Below are positions 48,007-61,038 of a stretch of 64,000 bases of DNA, piece by piece. The position numbers and the translations under genes were made by a program. Numbering within the stretch: position 1 is the stretch's first letter; the number at the start of each line of letters is the position of its first letter. This DNA is from Planctomycetota bacterium (GTDB lineage Bacteria > Planctomycetota > B15-G4 > SIAN01), in assembly GCA_031409275.1 (NCBI GenBank), contig JANNXA010000050.1, positions 128,001-192,000 of the forward strand. Reading direction: 5' to 3'. The notes below the pieces were generated by a model. That model did not search any database. It saw only the letters and a list, made by a program, of their open reading frames with translations, and was not told the origin of the DNA.

Positions 48007-48765
48007 TCACGCCAGCGCGAGCGCCCCCTCGATCAGCAGCTTGCCGCCGGCGATCAGCAGCACGACACCGAGCAGACGCCGCAGCCGTCGCGGATCGATC
48101 CGGCGCACGCCGAGCGAACTGCCGACAAAACCGCCGGCCAGCACCACCGCCGCGAAGAACGGCAGCTCGTGCGGCAGCGACTCCGCATGGACCCGGTGAC
48201 CGACGAGTCCGGCCACCGACGTGACGAGGATGAAGACCGACGCGAGCGCCGAGATCTCCCGGACGCGTGCCCAGCGGCACAGCAGCGCGAGCGGCGACAG
48301 GAAGATGCCGCCGCCGGTGCCCGTGATTCCCGACACGAAGCCGATCGCGGCGCCGACCGCCAGCGCCACCGCACGCCGCGGCGGCCGCGGCGCTTCCACT
48401 TCCTGCTCGCCCTTCAACAGCAGCAGTCGCGTCGCCGCCGCCAGCAGCACCACGCCGAGCAGCGGCTTGTAGATCCGCGCATCGAGCGCGAGCCGACCGC
48501 CGAGGAATGCGAGCGGGACGGTCGCCACGCCGAACGGCCAGAAGAGCGACCAGGAGAAGAGCTTCGCGCGCACGAATCGCCACGCGCCGAGCCCCGCCAC
48601 GACGATGTTCAGCACCAGTGCGGTCGGCTTCATCTGCTCCGGCGCGACGTTCAGCAGCGCCATCGTCGCGAGATATCCCGACGCTCCCGCATGACCGACC
48701 GACGAGTAGAGCGCCGCGACCGAGAAGAAGGCGACGCAGAGCGTGACCGTCGTGGTCAGTTCCAT
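48007..48765 (-). CDS. Sulfite exporter TauE/SafE family protein
   Basis: LYSSVGHAGASGY, SGITGTGGGIFL, multi-TM. Confidence 0.9.
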   Translation of the reverse strand: MELTTTVTLCVAFFSVAALYSSVGHAGASGYLATMALLNVAPEQMKPTALVLNIVVAGLGAWRFVRAKLFSWSLFWPFGVATVPLAFLGGRLALDARIYKPLLGVVLLAAATRLLLLKGEQEVEAPRPPRRAVALAVGAAIGFVSGITGTGGGIFLSPLALLCRWARVREISALASVFILVTSVAGLVGHRVHAESLPHELPFFAAVVLAGGFVGSSLGVRRIDPRRLRRLLGVVLLIAGGKLLIEGALALA

Positions 48766-48810
48766 CGGGAGGGTCCCAAGTCGCCGCTCGCGCGAGTCAT
48801 GCGTCGCGCC

Positions 48811-50466
<1,656 letters not shown>

Positions 50467-50751
50467 GGCGTGATTCTCGGAAGGTCTCGAAGAGCCCGGA
50501 GCGGGCGCGCGATCGTAGCCCCAACCCGCGACGCCGCGACCGCTCACGCCAGGGCTATCGTTGCGGCGCATCTGGAGCCCGCGATGCGCAAGCTGCTTCC
50601 CGCCATCGCCGCAGTCACCGCGATCGCGCCCCTCGACGCCGGCCACCTCTCCGTCGTGATCCCGGGTTCGAGCGCGCGGAGCCGCCGTCCACCGCCTCGC
50701 GCTGGTGCAGGAGTGACGAAGCGTCGCGAGAGTTTCAAAAGGAAGTGAGCC

Positions 50752-52926
50752 ATGCGACGGATCGCCGTTCCGTTGGTCGTCGTCCTGTCGATCGCGCTGC
50801 TGGCGTGGCTCTTCCGTGGTGAAAGGCCGCCGCGCCTCGCGGTGCAGCCGGCCGCGCCACGATCCGTCGCGGACCAGCCCTCCGAGCCGCCCGCCGCCGT
50901 CGAGGCCACGGCAGTCGCCGCACGCGAACCACTGCCCGACTCGCCAGCGGAGCGCGCGGCGCCGCCTCCAGTCGCCGACAGCGAAGCAGTCGCGCCGTCG
51001 ACGACCAGTGACTACCCGGGCCGCATCGTGCTGCGCGACGTCGAAGGACACCCGATCGCGGCTGGATCAGGGATCCTGGAAGGCTGGCTCAAAAGCACCG
51101 GGAGCAGCTTCGGAAGCGGACCGATCGCGGTGCATGAAGGGAGCTTCCGCCTCCCCTTGCCCGACCGCTGCGGCTTCGTGCCGTCGCGCCTCGACCTCAA
51201 CGACGAGCTGGTGTGGACCGATGCGACCGCGGTCGAACTCGATTCGCACGGCGAGTTGGTGATCGAGGCGCGCCGCGTTCCGCCGATGCGGCTGCACGTC
51301 GTCGACGCGAATACGCAGCAGGACCTCGAAGGAGTCGATGTCGTCGCGCTCGCCGGCGGGGTGTTCGACGGCGTCGACCAACCGGGCGAGATCGCTCCCG
51401 AGGACCGGCTGGTCGTCGACGGACGTTCGCCACTGACGCTCGCCCCGCGACTCCGCCACGGCGACATCCGCTGGACGCTGACGGTCGCCGTCCACGCACC
51501 CGGCTACGCATGGCGCCTCCTGCCGCTCGACTTCGCGCGCGGCGGCGACGAGATCGTCGCGCTCGATCGGGGCGCGGACCTCGACGTCACGATCGCTGGC
51601 GAGTTCGAGCGCGGCGAACCCGGGCCACTCCGCTGGGACGACTCGCGGCCGCAGCTGCGCGTGCGCCACCTCGCCGCCGATTCGGAGCCGGCGCTCGATC
51701 GCGAGAGGTTGTTGGAACGCGCCCGCGCGGCGATCGCCGAACTCGACGAGGAGGAGCGCGACGAGCTCTTCCCGGACGGTGTCGTGCCCGACGAATCGAT
51801 GCTGCTCGAATTCATCGAAGCGCAACGCGAGGCGGCGCTGAACTTCCGCGCCATGGCGCGGCTCATCGCGCAGCGGCTCCCCGAGCCTGCCGGCGCGACC
51901 CGCTTCAAGGGGCTTCCGCTCGGACGCGTTCTCGTGGCGCTGGAGCAAGGCGAACACTGGTCGAACCCGAGGGTGCTCGCCGAGAGCGTGATCGAACTCA
52001 CCGCCGGCACGACGTCCGCGGTGCAGCTTCAGGTGCGTCCCGATGATCGGCCGGCCGGCGTGCCCCTCGCCGGACGGATCCGCCTCTCGCCGAGTTGGAA
52101 CGACAGCGACCCGCTCGACCTCTGTTTCGAACCGATCGCCGTACCGGGCGCGACGAGTGCGGAGGAGTTCAACATCGACGTGAAGCTGATCGGCTCGCCG
52201 GATGGGCCGGAGTGGCACCGCTTCGACGCCGGCCGAAGGCTGCCGGGTCGCTGGCTGGTCACTTCCTACGCCTACGACTTCCAGGTGATGGTCGACACCG
52301 GACCGGCGGGACGCAGCGATGCCGAGATCGTGATCGGCGATCCGGCCGATGCGTGGATCAAGCTGATCGACGCGAGCAGCGGCCAGACCATCGCCGTCGA
52401 GGACAAGCAGGGGCTCCACTGGTGGTGCCAGCGACCCGCCGAGAGCAACGGTGGAAGCCTCGAGAGTGCGCGCTTCAACGAACCGGCCGACGCGTGGTAC
52501 TTCCGCGCGCCGGAGGGCCGCGTCGGACTCTCCCTTCGCGACGAAGCGGGACTGCGCTACCGCGAACCCGACGATTGGGTCGTCACCCTCTCGCCCGGCC
52601 GCAACGACCTGACGTTCACGCTGCAGCGGGTGCAGTCGCTCGAGCTGCGCTTCGAACTCGACGGGCGCCCGCTCCCTGAATCGACCCTCGCGTTCCAGTT
52701 CGAGATCGACTCGAGCTCGGCTCGCGCCATCAACACGGCCAATGGCAAGAAGCTGCGCGGCTCCAGATGGAGCCGCTCGAAGCTCTGGTTCACTTTCCCG
52801 AAGCCGGGCCGCTGGCGGATCGAGGTGGCCCCGCTGCCCGGCTATGCGTCGGTCGAGCCGTTCGAACTCGACATCGCGGAAGGAGAACTCGTCGTCCACC
52901 GTCTCGCGCTGGTGCGTGAGGAGTAG
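50752..52926 (+). CDS. Membrane-anchored beta-sandwich (carboxypeptidase-regulatory-like) repeat protein
   Basis: N-terminal TM, Pro/Ala linker, repeated beta-rich modules (VHAPGYA, F.GLP.G, PGRW.IEV..LPGY). Confidence 0.7.
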   Translation: MRRIAVPLVVVLSIALLAWLFRGERPPRLAVQPAAPRSVADQPSEPPAAVEATAVAAREPLPDSPAERAAPPPVADSEAVAPSTTSDYPGRIVLRDVEGHPIAAGSGILEGWLKSTGSSFGSGPIAVHEGSFRLPLPDRCGFVPSRLDLNDELVWTDATAVELDSHGELVIEARRVPPMRLHVVDANTQQDLEGVDVVALAGGVFDGVDQPGEIAPEDRLVVDGRSPLTLAPRLRHGDIRWTLTVAVHAPGYAWRLLPLDFARGGDEIVALDRGADLDVTIAGEFERGEPGPLRWDDSRPQLRVRHLAADSEPALDRERLLERARAAIAELDEEERDELFPDGVVPDESMLLEFIEAQREAALNFRAMARLIAQRLPEPAGATRFKGLPLGRVLVALEQGEHWSNPRVLAESVIELTAGTTSAVQLQVRPDDRPAGVPLAGRIRLSPSWNDSDPLDLCFEPIAVPGATSAEEFNIDVKLIGSPDGPEWHRFDAGRRLPGRWLVTSYAYDFQVMVDTGPAGRSDAEIVIGDPADAWIKLIDASSGQTIAVEDKQGLHWWCQRPAESNGGSLESARFNEPADAWYFRAPEGRVGLSLRDEAGLRYREPDDWVVTLSPGRNDLTFTLQRVQSLELRFELDGRPLPESTLAFQFEIDSSSARAINTANGKKLRGSRWSRSKLWFTFPKPGRWRIEVAPLPGYASVEPFELDIAEGELVVHRLALVREE

Positions 52927-52944
52927 GCGCGCGAGTGCTACTCG

Positions 52945-55191
52945 CTACGGCGCCCCCGCCGGCTTGCTCGCGGCGCCGGCGGCCGCGGCGGCGGGCGCCG
53001 CCTTCAGCCGCTCGATCTGCTTGGCGAGGAAGTCGACGTCGCTGAACGGGTCGCCGCCGGTGCGCTTCCAGCGGACGCGGCCCTGCGCGTCGACGAGGAT
53101 GGTCGAGTGGAGCTCGATCTCCTCGAAGTCGTCGTAGCTCGCGAAACGGCGCGCGTTCTCGTGGTTCGCGTCGGAGAGCAGCCGGAAGGCGAGCCCGCCG
53201 AGCTTCTCCGACTCGCGATTCTTCTCGGGCGGCGTGCTGCTGACGCCAAGCAGGACCGTGTCTCCGAAGCCACCCTCCTTCGCTTTCGCGTTCAGCTTCT
53301 GCAGTTGCTCGACGCAGTGGACGCACTCTTCGTCGAGATAGAAGACCAGCAGCACGTTTTTGCCGCGGAAGTCGGCGAGGCGGACGCGGGTGCCGGCGGC
53401 ATCGACGACGTCGAGCTCGGGCGCAGCGAATGGTTCCCAATCGAGCGGCCCGACGTCGGCGTTGGTGTTGCGGTCGTAGGGCCGTTCCGGAGCAGGCGTC
53501 GCGGCCACCGGCTGCTCGCCGAGCGCCAGCGCCGCGAGCTCGCGCGGCCAGCGCAGCCCAGGATCGGCCGCTGACCAGACGTCGGCGAAGCGGCCAGCCG
53601 CGTCGCGCGCCGCCTCCTTCTCGCCGAGCGCGTGACGCGCCTGCGCGAGCGCCGCCAACACGAAGGCGTCATTGGGCAACGCGTCGAGCGCTCGCTGGTA
53701 GGCGGCGACGGCGAGGCGGAGATCCCCGTGGCGGCGGAAGAGCTCGCCGAGCACGTACCACGCAGACCACGGATCGTCGGGCGGGTCGTTCTCGTAGCCG
53801 TCCACGGCGCGCTGCTCGGTCTCGAACTCGCCGGCCTGCGTGAGGCGCTGAACCGCGCCCAGCAGGTCGCCGTCCGCCTCGCGCAACAGCCCCTCCGCGA
53901 TCGCGAGACGCATCGACAGCGGCCCGCCCACGGCGTCCCCCTTCTCCACCGCCTCGACCCGCTTCTTCAGCTTCGCGAGTCGCGGACGCGCCTCTTCCGT
54001 CTTGCCCGTCGCGAGGAGGGCGATCGCCTCGGCGAACGCGCGCGAATCCTTGTCGCTGTCGAGCTCGCGCCACGGGATCGCGCCCGATTTGAGGATCTCG
54101 TCCCACCGCTCGAAACGCAGCAGTCCTCGCACCAGCGCCTTCATCCCTTCGTCGATGTCGCCGTAGCTGCCGTCCTTGTTCTTCTCCGGATCGCGCGGCG
54201 CATCGATCAGGTCGCGCGCGCCGGAGCGCGCCGCCGCCTCCATCCCGAGCTGCTCCTGGATGTGACAGAGGTAGTTCCTGTTGTGGGCGAAGTTCCACGA
54301 CTCGAAGGGGAAGGCGAGGTGGTCGTTCATGTACTGCAGCTCGACGCGCGTCGCGCGGTCCATCGAGCGCGCCGCCTCATGCCACATGCCGATCTTGCTG
54401 TAGATGTGGCCGGGCATGTGGTTGGCGTGGCCGCTCTTCGGCGCCACCGGGCCGTAACGCGCGCAGCTCGCGAGCGCTTGCACCGGATCGGCGCGATCCC
54501 AGTTGTGGATGCGGTAGTGGTGGGCGCCAGGATGATCGGGCTGCTGCGCGAAGACCTGCTGCAGCACGAGCTCGTTGCCGATCGCGTTCTTCTGCCGGAT
54601 CGAGAAGAGCGCGAACAACGCCTTGGCCTCGACGTCGTCGGGATAGGCCAGCACGACCTTCTGCAGCCTGGAGGCCAGCCTCTTCTGCGGCTCCTTCTCG
54701 CCGGCGCGGTAGGAGTCGGCCCACGCCTCGAGGTAGGCGCGCTCGCGCGGCGTCACCTTCGCCTTGCGCTTCACCGCCTCGGCGAGGAAGTCGCGATAGC
54801 GCTGGTTCTCCGGCTCTTCGAAATTGGCGTCGACGAACCAGGTGAGCCCCGTGCGCGCGAGCCCCCAGTAGGCCATGGCGCACTCGGGATCGAGCTTGAG
54901 GCACCAGCGGAACGACCGCTCCGCCTCCTCGAACCAGAAGTTGTGCAGCAGCGTGTTGCCCTGGTCGAACCACTGCTGCACCTCGGCCTGCACCGCTGGC
55001 ACGTTCACCGTGATCGGGAAGTGCGTCGTGCCGATCCCTTCGAACTTCCAAGGCCGCTGGCGCATGCCCGAGTCGAAGGCGCTGCCGTGCTTGCTGTGGC
55101 CCGGGCCGTCGCTGACGAAGGGCGCAACCAGCGGCGTGGCGAGCGGCGCAGCGAACACGAGGGCGACGGCGGCGGCGAGCGCGGGGTGCAT
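52945..55191 (-). CDS. Secreted TPR protein with C-terminal AhpC/TSA redoxin domain
   Basis: Signal peptide, LDPECAMAYWG, PGAHHYRIH, HMPGHIY, C-terminal LADFRGKNVLLVFY..CVHC..LLSD. Confidence 0.85.
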   Translation of the reverse strand: MHPALAAAVALVFAAPLATPLVAPFVSDGPGHSKHGSAFDSGMRQRPWKFEGIGTTHFPITVNVPAVQAEVQQWFDQGNTLLHNFWFEEAERSFRWCLKLDPECAMAYWGLARTGLTWFVDANFEEPENQRYRDFLAEAVKRKAKVTPRERAYLEAWADSYRAGEKEPQKRLASRLQKVVLAYPDDVEAKALFALFSIRQKNAIGNELVLQQVFAQQPDHPGAHHYRIHNWDRADPVQALASCARYGPVAPKSGHANHMPGHIYSKIGMWHEAARSMDRATRVELQYMNDHLAFPFESWNFAHNRNYLCHIQEQLGMEAAARSGARDLIDAPRDPEKNKDGSYGDIDEGMKALVRGLLRFERWDEILKSGAIPWRELDSDKDSRAFAEAIALLATGKTEEARPRLAKLKKRVEAVEKGDAVGGPLSMRLAIAEGLLREADGDLLGAVQRLTQAGEFETEQRAVDGYENDPPDDPWSAWYVLGELFRRHGDLRLAVAAYQRALDALPNDAFVLAALAQARHALGEKEAARDAAGRFADVWSAADPGLRWPRELAALALGEQPVAATPAPERPYDRNTNADVGPLDWEPFAAPELDVVDAAGTRVRLADFRGKNVLLVFYLDEECVHCVEQLQKLNAKAKEGGFGDTVLLGVSSTPPEKNRESEKLGGLAFRLLSDANHENARRFASYDDFEEIELHSTILVDAQGRVRWKRTGGDPFSDVDFLAKQIERLKAAPAAAAAGAASKPAGAP

Positions 55192-55278
55192 GGCGGCTCC
55201 GTGCGAGCGAAGAGAGGTGGCGACGGCACGATCGGCGCGGCAAGCTATCGAGCCGCCCGACGAAAGGGGAAGTCCCCG

Positions 55279-58050
55279 ATGCGCGGACACTCGATCGGAC
55301 GAAGCAGCCGGCGGGCCGCGCGCGCGATCGTCGCGCTGCTGCTGCTGATCCCGGCACTGCTCGCGTGGCTCCTCCTACGCGAACCGCCGTCGCGCCGTGC
55401 AGCACCGGCCGTCGACGACCCGACACCACGGGACGCGACGTCGCACGACTTGGGACACGACGACCCGACGAGAACGGGCGACGGCGACGCGGTGTCGAGC
55501 GCGCCATCGGTCGAAGTTCCCGATCCCGCGCGCGAGTCGGTCGTCGCCGACTTCGTCGAGACGATCGGCCCCACCATCGTCGTCCTCGAACGCGAGACGG
55601 GCCGGCCGCTGCCCGATGCCGGCGTCTGGTGGCTCGCGCGCGACGAGGTCGAGGCGGCTCGATGGCGCGAGCTGCAACGCGGCGACGCGGCGACGCTCGA
55701 AGCGCTGGAGCACGATGGCCACGCGGTCGAACTCGACGCGTTGGCCGGTGCCGAGCTGCCGTGGCGCGCGAGCCTCGCCCGTCTTTGGGTGCGCGACGGC
55801 GACCGCGAGGCGCTGCGCACGATCGCGCTCGATGAGCGCGCGCACCATCGGATCGCGCTGGCACGCGCCGAAGCGCTAACGCTTCGCGCCGTCGATGGCG
55901 ACGGCCGCCCAGTGCGCGACGTGCCGGTGGCGCTGGCCGCGTGCCCCGTCGTCGACGGCAACCTCACGCCGCAGCGCGAGGAGCCGCTCCACCTCGTCGA
56001 TGCCGTGACCGATCGCGATGGCGAGGTGCGTTGCGAACGAGGGAGCCGCTGGCTCGACGAGCACGTCGATGGCGACGGGCTGGCGACGCGACAAGCGCTG
56101 ATCGCTGCGCTGGCGTTTCCGTGCCGCGACCGTCGCACGACCGCGATCGACCCGCGCGACGGCTGCAAGGCGCCCATCGAGCTGCGCCCGCCGCTTCTGG
56201 CGGACTTGCGATTGCGCGCGGCGCTGGCGAACGACGCGCCGCGCCTGGTGCCGGTGATCGTCCAGATCGCCTGCGCCGAGCCGATCGCAGGCCCGCTGCC
56301 GAGCTTCGTCGCGCAACGGGCGCTGCCGGCGGGCGAAGCGATCGAACAGGTGATCGAGGCTGCGGGCCGCTTCCGGATCGAGGCGGAGAGCGACGACGGG
56401 AAACTGGTCTCTGATCCGATCGTCGTGACTGCCGGTGCCGTGGCGACGACGACCGAGCTGCTGATCCGGCTGAAGCCGCGCCCGCCGCCGCCGCTCGGCA
56501 CGATCGTCGTGCTCGATCCCGGCAACCGGCCGCTGGCGACGACCGAGGTCGCATGGCAGCCGGCCGACAAGGTCGACTTCCCGAAGCCAGCGGCGATGCT
56601 GCTCGGCACGACCGATCCGCGTGGCCGGCTCGCGGTGAAGCTCGAATCGCTGCCGCGGCCGCTTCCGGGAGAGTCGTCGGCGCTGCAGCTCTACGCCGGC
56701 CTGATCGACGGAGGCGACGGCGGCGCACGCCTGCGCGGCCAGCTCGTGCTGGTGAAGTCGAGCTACGCGGATGGCGAAATGCTGGGACAGGTGGTGATGG
56801 CCGAAGTGCCGCGGATCGTGGCGGGACGCGTCGTCAGCGGGAGCGGCGCCGGGCTGCGCGACGTGGCGCTGTCGATCGTCGATCGCGATCGTGCGTGGAT
56901 GGACCACGGGCGGCTCGCGCTGGTCGAGCAGTCGCTTGGCCTGCGGGTCCATTGGAACACGCGCAGCGGCGAGGAGGGACGCTTCGAGGTCCACTCGAGG
57001 CCAACCTGCACCGATGTGGTGATCCGCGCCGAACTCCGGGGCTGGCACCATGTGGCGACCGTGGAGGAAGCCCGCCTCCAGCCGCACGACGAAGCATCGG
57101 TCGGGGCGGATCAGGCAACGGTCGTGATGCGGCGCAACGGTCGCGCGCGCGGTCGGCTGCTGGTCGAGCCGGGCGTCTCGATCGCCCGCCTCGCACTGCG
57201 AAGCGATCCCGACGATCCCGATGGCGCTCCGCTGTTGCGCGCAGAGCTCGCCGACGACGGTCGCTTCGAGGTCGAGGGAATCCCGGGTCGCTTCACGCTG
57301 CAGGTCGTGTCGCGCACCGACCCGGCCGTCGCCGGCCAATCGTGGACGAGAGCGGCACACGTGCTCGCGGAAGTGGCCGACCTCGCGTGGGTCGAGGATC
57401 AGTTCATCGTCGACCCGCGCCTCGATCCGATCGACCTGCGCGGCGCACTCGAGACGATCGAGGTCGTCGCGCGGACACCGGAGGGCGAGCCGATCGCCGG
57501 CGCGCGCCTCTTCCTCGTGGGCAGCCGGGACGATGTCATCGAGCTCGCACCGACCGCCGATCCCTTCGGCCGCGCGGTCGTCTCTGTGCCGATCGGAACG
57601 CCGCGCCTCGTCGTCGGCACTCGCGATCGGTTGGTGCAGTGGACGCGTTTCGATCGACCACAGTGGGAGCTCGTGCTGCCGCCAGCTCCGCGCGTGCGAC
57701 TCGTGCTGCCCGGCGCCGACCACCCGCTGCGGGGCATGCCGGCGGTGCTCGAGCTGCGCCAAGCCGACTTCGGCGACGCCACCAACGACGTTGCGCGGAG
57801 CCTGGGCCCGTTCGAGTGCCGCCGGGTCGGTGACGACGACTCCCGCGAGATGTTGCTGGAGTCGGGTGTCCCCTTCTTGGGCACCTGGTACGCCCGCTTC
57901 CTCACCTCGCCCTCGGATCGCAGCGCGCTCTGGTCGGTCCGTGTCGAAGTCCGCGCAAACGATCCGATCGTCGAAGTGCGCGTCGAGCTGACCGCGGCGC
58001 AGGTAGAGCAGATCGAGCAGCGGAGGGGCCCGCTACCATCCCGCCGATGA
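55279..58050 (+). CDS. Membrane-anchored beta-sandwich repeat protein
   Basis: N-terminal TM ([17 protein letters not shown]), repeated VD.DGRPV / TD..G / GRVV modules; AGGGGA RBS; ATGA overlap with next gene. Confidence 0.7.
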   Translation: MRGHSIGRSSRRAARAIVALLLLIPALLAWLLLREPPSRRAAPAVDDPTPRDATSHDLGHDDPTRTGDGDAVSSAPSVEVPDPARESVVADFVETIGPTIVVLERETGRPLPDAGVWWLARDEVEAARWRELQRGDAATLEALEHDGHAVELDALAGAELPWRASLARLWVRDGDREALRTIALDERAHHRIALARAEALTLRAVDGDGRPVRDVPVALAACPVVDGNLTPQREEPLHLVDAVTDRDGEVRCERGSRWLDEHVDGDGLATRQALIAALAFPCRDRRTTAIDPRDGCKAPIELRPPLLADLRLRAALANDAPRLVPVIVQIACAEPIAGPLPSFVAQRALPAGEAIEQVIEAAGRFRIEAESDDGKLVSDPIVVTAGAVATTTELLIRLKPRPPPPLGTIVVLDPGNRPLATTEVAWQPADKVDFPKPAAMLLGTTDPRGRLAVKLESLPRPLPGESSALQLYAGLIDGGDGGARLRGQLVLVKSSYADGEMLGQVVMAEVPRIVAGRVVSGSGAGLRDVALSIVDRDRAWMDHGRLALVEQSLGLRVHWNTRSGEEGRFEVHSRPTCTDVVIRAELRGWHHVATVEEARLQPHDEASVGADQATVVMRRNGRARGRLLVEPGVSIARLALRSDPDDPDGAPLLRAELADDGRFEVEGIPGRFTLQVVSRTDPAVAGQSWTRAAHVLAEVADLAWVEDQFIVDPRLDPIDLRGALETIEVVARTPEGEPIAGARLFLVGSRDDVIELAPTADPFGRAVVSVPIGTPRLVVGTRDRLVQWTRFDRPQWELVLPPAPRVRLVLPGADHPLRGMPAVLELRQADFGDATNDVARSLGPFECRRVGDDDSREMLLESGVPFLGTWYARFLTSPSDRSALWSVRVEVRANDPIVEVRVELTAAQVEQIEQRRGPLPSRR

Positions 58051-58988
58051 TCGAATTCCAGCGCTTGATCCTCGGCGATGCGCGGCGCAACGAGCTCTTC
58101 ACCGAGGCGCTGCGGCGCGTGATCGTGCCGGGCAGGACCACGGTCGCCGACCTCGGCGCCGGGACCGGGTACCTCTCGTTCGTGGCGCGCCGGCTTGGCG
58201 CCAGGCACTGCCACCTCGTCGAGATGTCGGAGCTGATCGGGCTCGCGAAGCGGCTGGCAAAGGCGAACGGGATCGACGGCTGCACCTTCGTCTACGGCCA
58301 CTCGACCGAGATCGACCCGCCGCCGCAGGTCGATCTCGTCGTCAGCGAGACGCTCGGCAATCTGGCGTTCGAGGAGAACCTGCTCGAGACGATGCAGGAC
58401 GCGCGGCGCTGGCTGGCGCCGGGCGGGACGATCGTGCCGCAGCGCGTGCGGCAGTTCGCGGTCCCGATCACCGAGCCGCGCTACTTCACCGAGCTCGACG
58501 TCTTCTCTCGTCTCGGGTCCAGACTCGACTTCACGTTGGCGCGCACCATCGCCACCGACAACGTCTACGTGCGCCGCTTCGCGCCCGCCGACTTGCTGCA
58601 GGAGGGGCGCGCAGCGCAGTGCCTCGACGACGTCGACTTGCGCAAGCGAACGGGCAGCGTGCGACGCGGCACCGCGGAATGGCGGCTCCCGAAGGCGACG
58701 CCGCTGCTCGGCTTCGCGCTGTGGTGGGAGTGCGAACTGATCGCCGATGCGCCCGACCTGATCCTGTCGACCTCGCCGCTGGCGCCGCCGACCCACTGGG
58801 AGCAGATCTGGCTGCCGCCGCGCGCCACCCTGCAGGCCAGGGCGGGCGATACGTTGCGGCTCGAACTGGAATGCGACTCGCGGCCGCAGGTGAAGATCAA
58901 CGTGAAATGGAAGACGACGCTGCTCGATCGCGCCGGCAAGGTGCGCGAACAGACGCAGCAGGACATGAAGAAGGGGTACATCGAATGA
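58047..58988 (+). CDS. PRMT-like (protein arginine methyltransferase fold) SAM-dependent methyltransferase
   Basis: [60 protein letters not shown]. Confidence 0.85.
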   Translation: MIEFQRLILGDARRNELFTEALRRVIVPGRTTVADLGAGTGYLSFVARRLGARHCHLVEMSELIGLAKRLAKANGIDGCTFVYGHSTEIDPPPQVDLVVSETLGNLAFEENLLETMQDARRWLAPGGTIVPQRVRQFAVPITEPRYFTELDVFSRLGSRLDFTLARTIATDNVYVRRFAPADLLQEGRAAQCLDDVDLRKRTGSVRRGTAEWRLPKATPLLGFALWWECELIADAPDLILSTSPLAPPTHWEQIWLPPRATLQARAGDTLRLELECDSRPQVKINVKWKTTLLDRAGKVREQTQQDMKKGYIE

Positions 58989-60202
58989 CGTTCCCTGCGC
59001 TCGCCGGCGCCATCGCCCTGCTCGCTGCCGGAATCACGCTCGCGCCGCAGGAGTCGACCGCGGAGAAGGCGCGGCGAATCCACGCCGACCTGCCGGTGAT
59101 CGATGGCCACAACGACCTGCCGTGGGAGATCCGCGAGAAGCTGAAGGGCGACGCGCAAGCCGTCGACTTCCGCCAGCTGCAGCCGCAGTTCCACACCGAT
59201 CTGCTGCGGTTGAAGCAAGGCGGCGTCGGCGCGCAGTTCTGGTCGGCATGGGTCGCCTTCGACGAGGAGAAGTCGACCACCAGCCTCTTCATCGAGCAGA
59301 TCCTGCAAATCCATCGACTGGTCGCCGCCTACCCCGAGCAGCTCGAGTTCGCGCTCACCGCCGATGAGATCGAGTCGATCCGCAAGCGCGGCAAGGTCGC
59401 GTGCCTGATCGGCGTCGAAGGCGGCCACGCGATCGACGATTCGCTGGCGAACCTGCGCGTGCTCTTCCAGCTGGGCGCGCGCTACATGACGCTCACCCAC
59501 GGCGGCACGCTGTCGTGGGCCGACTCGGCCACCGATGTCGCGAAGCACGGCGGCCTCACCGCGTTTGGCGAAGAGGTCGTCCGCGAGATGAACCGCCTCG
59601 GGATGCTGGTCGACCTCTCGCACGTCTCGCCGGAAACGATGGACGATGCGCTGCGCGTGACGAAAGCGCCGGTCATCTGCTCGCACAGCTCGGCGCGCGC
59701 CATCGCCGACCATCCGCGCAACGTCCCCGACGCGCAGCTCACCGCGATCGGCGCGAACGGCGGCGTGGTCATGGTGAACTTCTTCCCCGGCTTCGTCGTG
59801 CCAGGCTCCGCGCAGACGCTGGTCGACGGCCTCGCCCATCGCTTCGAGCTGAAGGCGCAGGGCATGAAGGGCGAGGAGCTCTCGAAGACGATGGATGCGT
59901 GGAACGCCGACCATCCGCTCGACCGCGGCTCGCTTGACGACGTGATCGCCCACATCGAGCACCTTGCGCAGGTCGCCGGCAAGGAGCATGTCGGGATCGG
60001 CTCCGACTTCGACGGCATCCCGTCGGTGCCGGTCGGCCTCGAAGACGTCTCCAAGTACCCGGCCATCACCGCGCGGCTGCTCGAACGCGGCTGGAGCGAG
60101 AAAGAGGTGCGCGGCCTGCTCGGCGCCAACGTCCTGCGCGCCCTGCGCGAGGCCGAGCGCGTGGCGCGCGCCGCCCGCGACGCTCGCGACGTCCGCAAGT
60201 GA
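58985..60202 (+). CDS. Membrane dipeptidase (peptidase M19), secreted
   Basis: [38 protein letters not shown]; signal peptide; ATGA overlap. Confidence 0.94.
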   Translation: MTFPALAGAIALLAAGITLAPQESTAEKARRIHADLPVIDGHNDLPWEIREKLKGDAQAVDFRQLQPQFHTDLLRLKQGGVGAQFWSAWVAFDEEKSTTSLFIEQILQIHRLVAAYPEQLEFALTADEIESIRKRGKVACLIGVEGGHAIDDSLANLRVLFQLGARYMTLTHGGTLSWADSATDVAKHGGLTAFGEEVVREMNRLGMLVDLSHVSPETMDDALRVTKAPVICSHSSARAIADHPRNVPDAQLTAIGANGGVVMVNFFPGFVVPGSAQTLVDGLAHRFELKAQGMKGEELSKTMDAWNADHPLDRGSLDDVIAHIEHLAQVAGKEHVGIGSDFDGIPSVPVGLEDVSKYPAITARLLERGWSEKEVRGLLGANVLRALREAERVARAARDARDVRK

Positions 60203-60218
60203 GCGGGCGGTCGCTGCG

Positions 60219-60992
60219 ATGACCACCGCGCCGCGCGTGCTCGCGCTCTTCGCCCATCCCGACGATGCCGAGCTCCTTTGCGGCGGCACGCTCGCGCTGC
60301 TCTCCGAGCTGGGCTGGCGCGTCCACCTCGCCACGATGACGCCGGGCGACCTCGGCTCGGCGACGCTCGATCGCGAGGCGATCGCGGCGATCCGTCGCGA
60401 GGAAGGGAAACGCGCGGCCACGCTGCTGAAGGCGACGTGGCATTGCCTCGAAGCGCGCGACTTCGCCGTCCTCTACGGCGAAGAGATCTGCCGTCGCGCG
60501 ACGGCGCTGATCCGCAACGTCGTGCCCGACCTCGTGCTGACCCACTCGCCGATCGACTACCTCGCCGATCACGAAGAGACCGCACGCATCGCCGCGCAGG
60601 CGTGCTTCGCCGCGCCGGTCCGTCTTTATGCGACCGACGACGACGCGCCAGCGACCGCCACGATCGCGCCGCTCTACTACGCCGATCCGGTCGAGGGGAT
60701 CGACCGCTTCGGCGACGTGGTGCGACCGCGCCTCGTCGTCGACGTCGAGTCGACCTGGCCGATCAAGGAGCTGTTGCTGCAATGCCACGGCAGCCAGCGC
60801 GAATGGATGGCGCGACAGCACGGCTCCGCAGACTTCGTCGCGACCGCGAAGTCATGGGCCGCGAAGCGCGGCGCGTTGGCCGGGATGGCGCTCGGCGAGG
60901 GTTTTCGCCCCCACCACGGCCACGCCTTCCCGCGGACCGCGATCCTCGAGACGACGCTCGGCCGGAGGTGTCGGGTGCCGATGTCGTCGTGA
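60219..60992 (+). CDS. PIG-L family deacetylase
   Basis: AHPDDAE..CGGTL, RREE, LTH...Y..DH, HGSQ. Confidence 0.9.
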   Translation: MTTAPRVLALFAHPDDAELLCGGTLALLSELGWRVHLATMTPGDLGSATLDREAIAAIRREEGKRAATLLKATWHCLEARDFAVLYGEEICRRATALIRNVVPDLVLTHSPIDYLADHEETARIAAQACFAAPVRLYATDDDAPATATIAPLYYADPVEGIDRFGDVVRPRLVVDVESTWPIKELLLQCHGSQREWMARQHGSADFVATAKSWAAKRGALAGMALGEGFRPHHGHAFPRTAILETTLGRRCRVPMSS

Positions 60993-61038
60993 CACGCGCC
61001 GCGAGTCGCGGCGTCGGGAGGAAGTCCTTCTCAGGCCC

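Noticed and set aside
58047..58988. Calling this gene prmA (L11 methyltransferase)
   Set aside because: No PrmA N-terminal domain or FGTGxH motif; the double-E and THW motifs point to the PRMT fold
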